Part shown: positions 62,126 to 64,000 of the stretch, piece after piece
Layout: each line of letters starts with the position of its first letter
Position numbering within the stretch: position 1 is the stretch's first letter
Source: Verrucomicrobiota bacterium
GTDB taxonomy: Bacteria > Verrucomicrobiota > Verrucomicrobiia > Limisphaerales > AAA164-E04
NCBI GenBank assembly: GCA_047947115.1
Contig: CP170459.1
Coordinates: forward strand, 160,001 to 224,000
Length of the DNA stretch: 64,000 nt
Direction of reading: 5' to 3'
Position numbers and translations under genes: made by a program
Notes under the pieces: model-generated
What the model saw: only the letters and a program-made list of their open reading frames with translations
Databases searched by the model: none
Told to the model about the DNA's origin: nothing

Positions 62126-64000
62126 GTGAACCGATTGCTGCACATTTTGATCGGGTTGATCTTGGGCACGCTCGGGATTCAGGGCGATCCCGTGCCCCGG
62201 GAAATACGTTCATTCATCAACGAGTATTGCCTCAAATGTCACGGCGGGGACAAGGTGAAGGGGGAGGTGGACTTTTCACTCTTTAAGACCAACGAGGACT
62301 TGGACACACACTACCGGATTTGGGAAACAGCTGCTGAATTGCTCAGGGAAAAAGACATGCCCCCCGAATCATCGAAGCAACCGACTTCCCAAGAAACCCA
62401 AATCGTCCTGGACTGGTATCAAGAACGCTTTGAACAAGCCGTCCAGGCTCACCCGGGCTATTTCAGACCCAGACGACTGTCAGCGGAGGAATATCGAAAT
62501 ACTTTGCGCTCGCTGTTCGGTTTTGACCTGGAAGTCCAGATCATGGAAGCGGAACAAACAGTGGCGGAGCGTTCTCTGATCTTGAAACTCATGCCCACCG
62601 ATCCTCCGGGGAAAAGTGGATTCACAAATGACACCCATAGGAACCCGATCTCAACACTGATATGGGATCGTTACGACTACCTGACCGACTTGGCGCTGGA
62701 ACGCTGGTTCAATGAAAAAGATTGGGCAGCGGATATTTCCGAAAATGAAAACAAAAACCCAAGCCTGTCCGAGGCCCGGAAAACTCTGGCCGAATTCCTC
62801 CCCCGCATCATACGTCGTCCCCTGGTTGAAAATGAACTGTTGATGCATCTGGAAAACCTCCGCGCATCCGAAAACTCTCCCGGTCAGGCATTGAAGCAAG
62901 AATTGAAAGCCGTACTCATGTCGCCTGCTTTCTTGTACCGAGGCATCCTCATGCCACGTCAACCGGGAAAACAACAACCCGTCGATGCATTTGAATACGC
63001 GGAACGCATGTCCTATTTCCTGTGGGGTGACATGCCCGATGAAACTTTGAACAACCTTGCCTTTGATGGATCACTCCTGAACGAGCCCATCCTCAGCCAA
63101 CAACTGGATCGAATGCTCCACTCTCCCAAATCACGTTACCTGGTGGAGAGCTTCGCCTGGCAATGGTTTTCCCTGGGGGATATGGATGAGGCCATTCTCC
63201 AAGTGCCGGTCAGGGAGGCATTACGAAGTCAGGTGATGGATTTCATCCATTATCTGTTTACGGAGGACCGTCCTCTGATGGAACTGATTGATTCAGACAT
63301 CTCCTTCATCAATTCACTGATTGCCAAACACTATGGCAAGGATCGCAGTCAGTTGAAACCTTACACCAAGCAAAAAGGAATCGAACTTGAGATCGTCCCC
63401 ACTCAACGCATTCGGTTGCTCCACACAGCGGAACGCGGCGGCATACTGACCATGCCCGGCATACTGGCCATGAACCGCGGTCCGGTGATCCGAGGCACCT
63501 GGATACTGGACCGTATCCTGGGCGACCACCTGCCGGACCCGCCGATGAATGTGGGACAGGTCCCCCCCCAACTACCCGGCGAAAACCTAAGCTTCCGCGA
63601 ACGCTTTGAATCACATCGAAACCAGGCTTCCTGTGCGTTATGTCATGACAAAATTGATCCGCTTGGTTTTGCGCTCGAAGGATACGACAGACAAGGAGGC
63701 TACATTCTAACCGGAACCAAAGCCCTGCCAGGCGGGGAGGTCAAACACGTCAATAAGGCAGGCGATGTGGTGGACACCTCGGGCATGATGCCCAATGGCA
63801 CGCGATTTGACAGCTTTGCATCCTTGAAGACCATACTCAAAACGGAGTATCGGACAAACGTGATACAAAACATCGTCGAACGAACCCTGTCGTTCGCTTT
63901 AGGCCGCTCACTGGAGCTGTATGATCGACCTGCAGTCGATTCGATCGTCACAAAACTGGAAGAAACAGATGGCACCTATCGTGATTTGTTGTTATGCATT
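62126..64000 (+). CDS. DUF1592/DUF1588-type c-heme protein, 3'-partial (not in the ORF track)
   Basis: GTG start, signal peptide, CLKCHG, RRLSAEEYRNTL, SPAFLY, CALCHDKIDPLGFALE in the same frame; runs off the window. Confidence 0.88.
   Translation, partial: MNRLLHILIGLILGTLGIQGDPVPREIRSFINEYCLKCHGGDKVKGEVDFSLFKTNEDLDTHYRIWETAAELLREKDMPPESSKQPTSQETQIVLDWYQERFEQAVQAHPGYFRPRRLSAEEYRNTLRSLFGFDLEVQIMEAEQTVAERSLILKLMPTDPPGKSGFTNDTHRNPISTLIWDRYDYLTDLALERWFNEKDWAADISENENKNPSLSEARKTLAEFLPRIIRRPLVENELLMHLENLRASENSPGQALKQELKAVLMSPAFLYRGILMPRQPGKQQPVDAFEYAERMSYFLWGDMPDETLNNLAFDGSLLNEPILSQQLDRMLHSPKSRYLVESFAWQWFSLGDMDEAILQVPVREALRSQVMDFIHYLFTEDRPLMELIDSDISFINSLIAKHYGKDRSQLKPYTKQKGIELEIVPTQRIRLLHTAERGGILTMPGILAMNRGPVIRGTWILDRILGDHLPDPPMNVGQVPPQLPGENLSFRERFESHRNQASCALCHDKIDPLGFALEGYDRQGGYILTGTKALPGGEVKHVNKAGDVVDTSGMMPNGTRFDSFASLKTILKTEYRTNVIQNIVERTLSFALGRSLELYDRPAVDSIVTKLEETDGTYRDLLLCI

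Overview
Bacterial chromosomal window. The gene content (DUF1501, DUF1549/DUF1553 and DUF1592-type proteins, DUF1080, PQQ-like propellers, three Cys-type sulfatases, C-terminal 'S.DL..W...FYR' surface-protein tails) points to the PVC superphylum, most likely a glycan-degrading Verrucomicrobiota; this is an inference. Housekeeping genes are truC, a shortened rlmB, hslR and a plsC-like acyltransferase. There is a complete Fe-S operon (Fur/Irr-like regulator, sufB, sufC, sufD, sufT, sufS, a DUF1858-like/rhodanese fusion and an IscU-type scaffold), an intact IS630, an IS21 relic, decaying toxin-antitoxin modules, several pseudogenes and two families of GTAG-type REP-like repeats. No rRNA, tRNA or CRISPR array was found. 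Best leads: (1) a stand-alone tandem pair of thymidylate-kinase-like genes with one intact and one K->R P-loop, a candidate bacterial heteromeric polyphosphate kinase (PPK3-type); (2) a CYP236-like P450, a candidate sugar O-demethylase, without redox partners nearby; (3) the hybrid SUF/ISC operon with a Cys-less rhodanese and an ICE-box-like operator; (4) a dead HtrA-like protease with a ~120-aa unknown insert, paired with an active paralogue. All family assignments come from motif recognition by eye; no searches were run.
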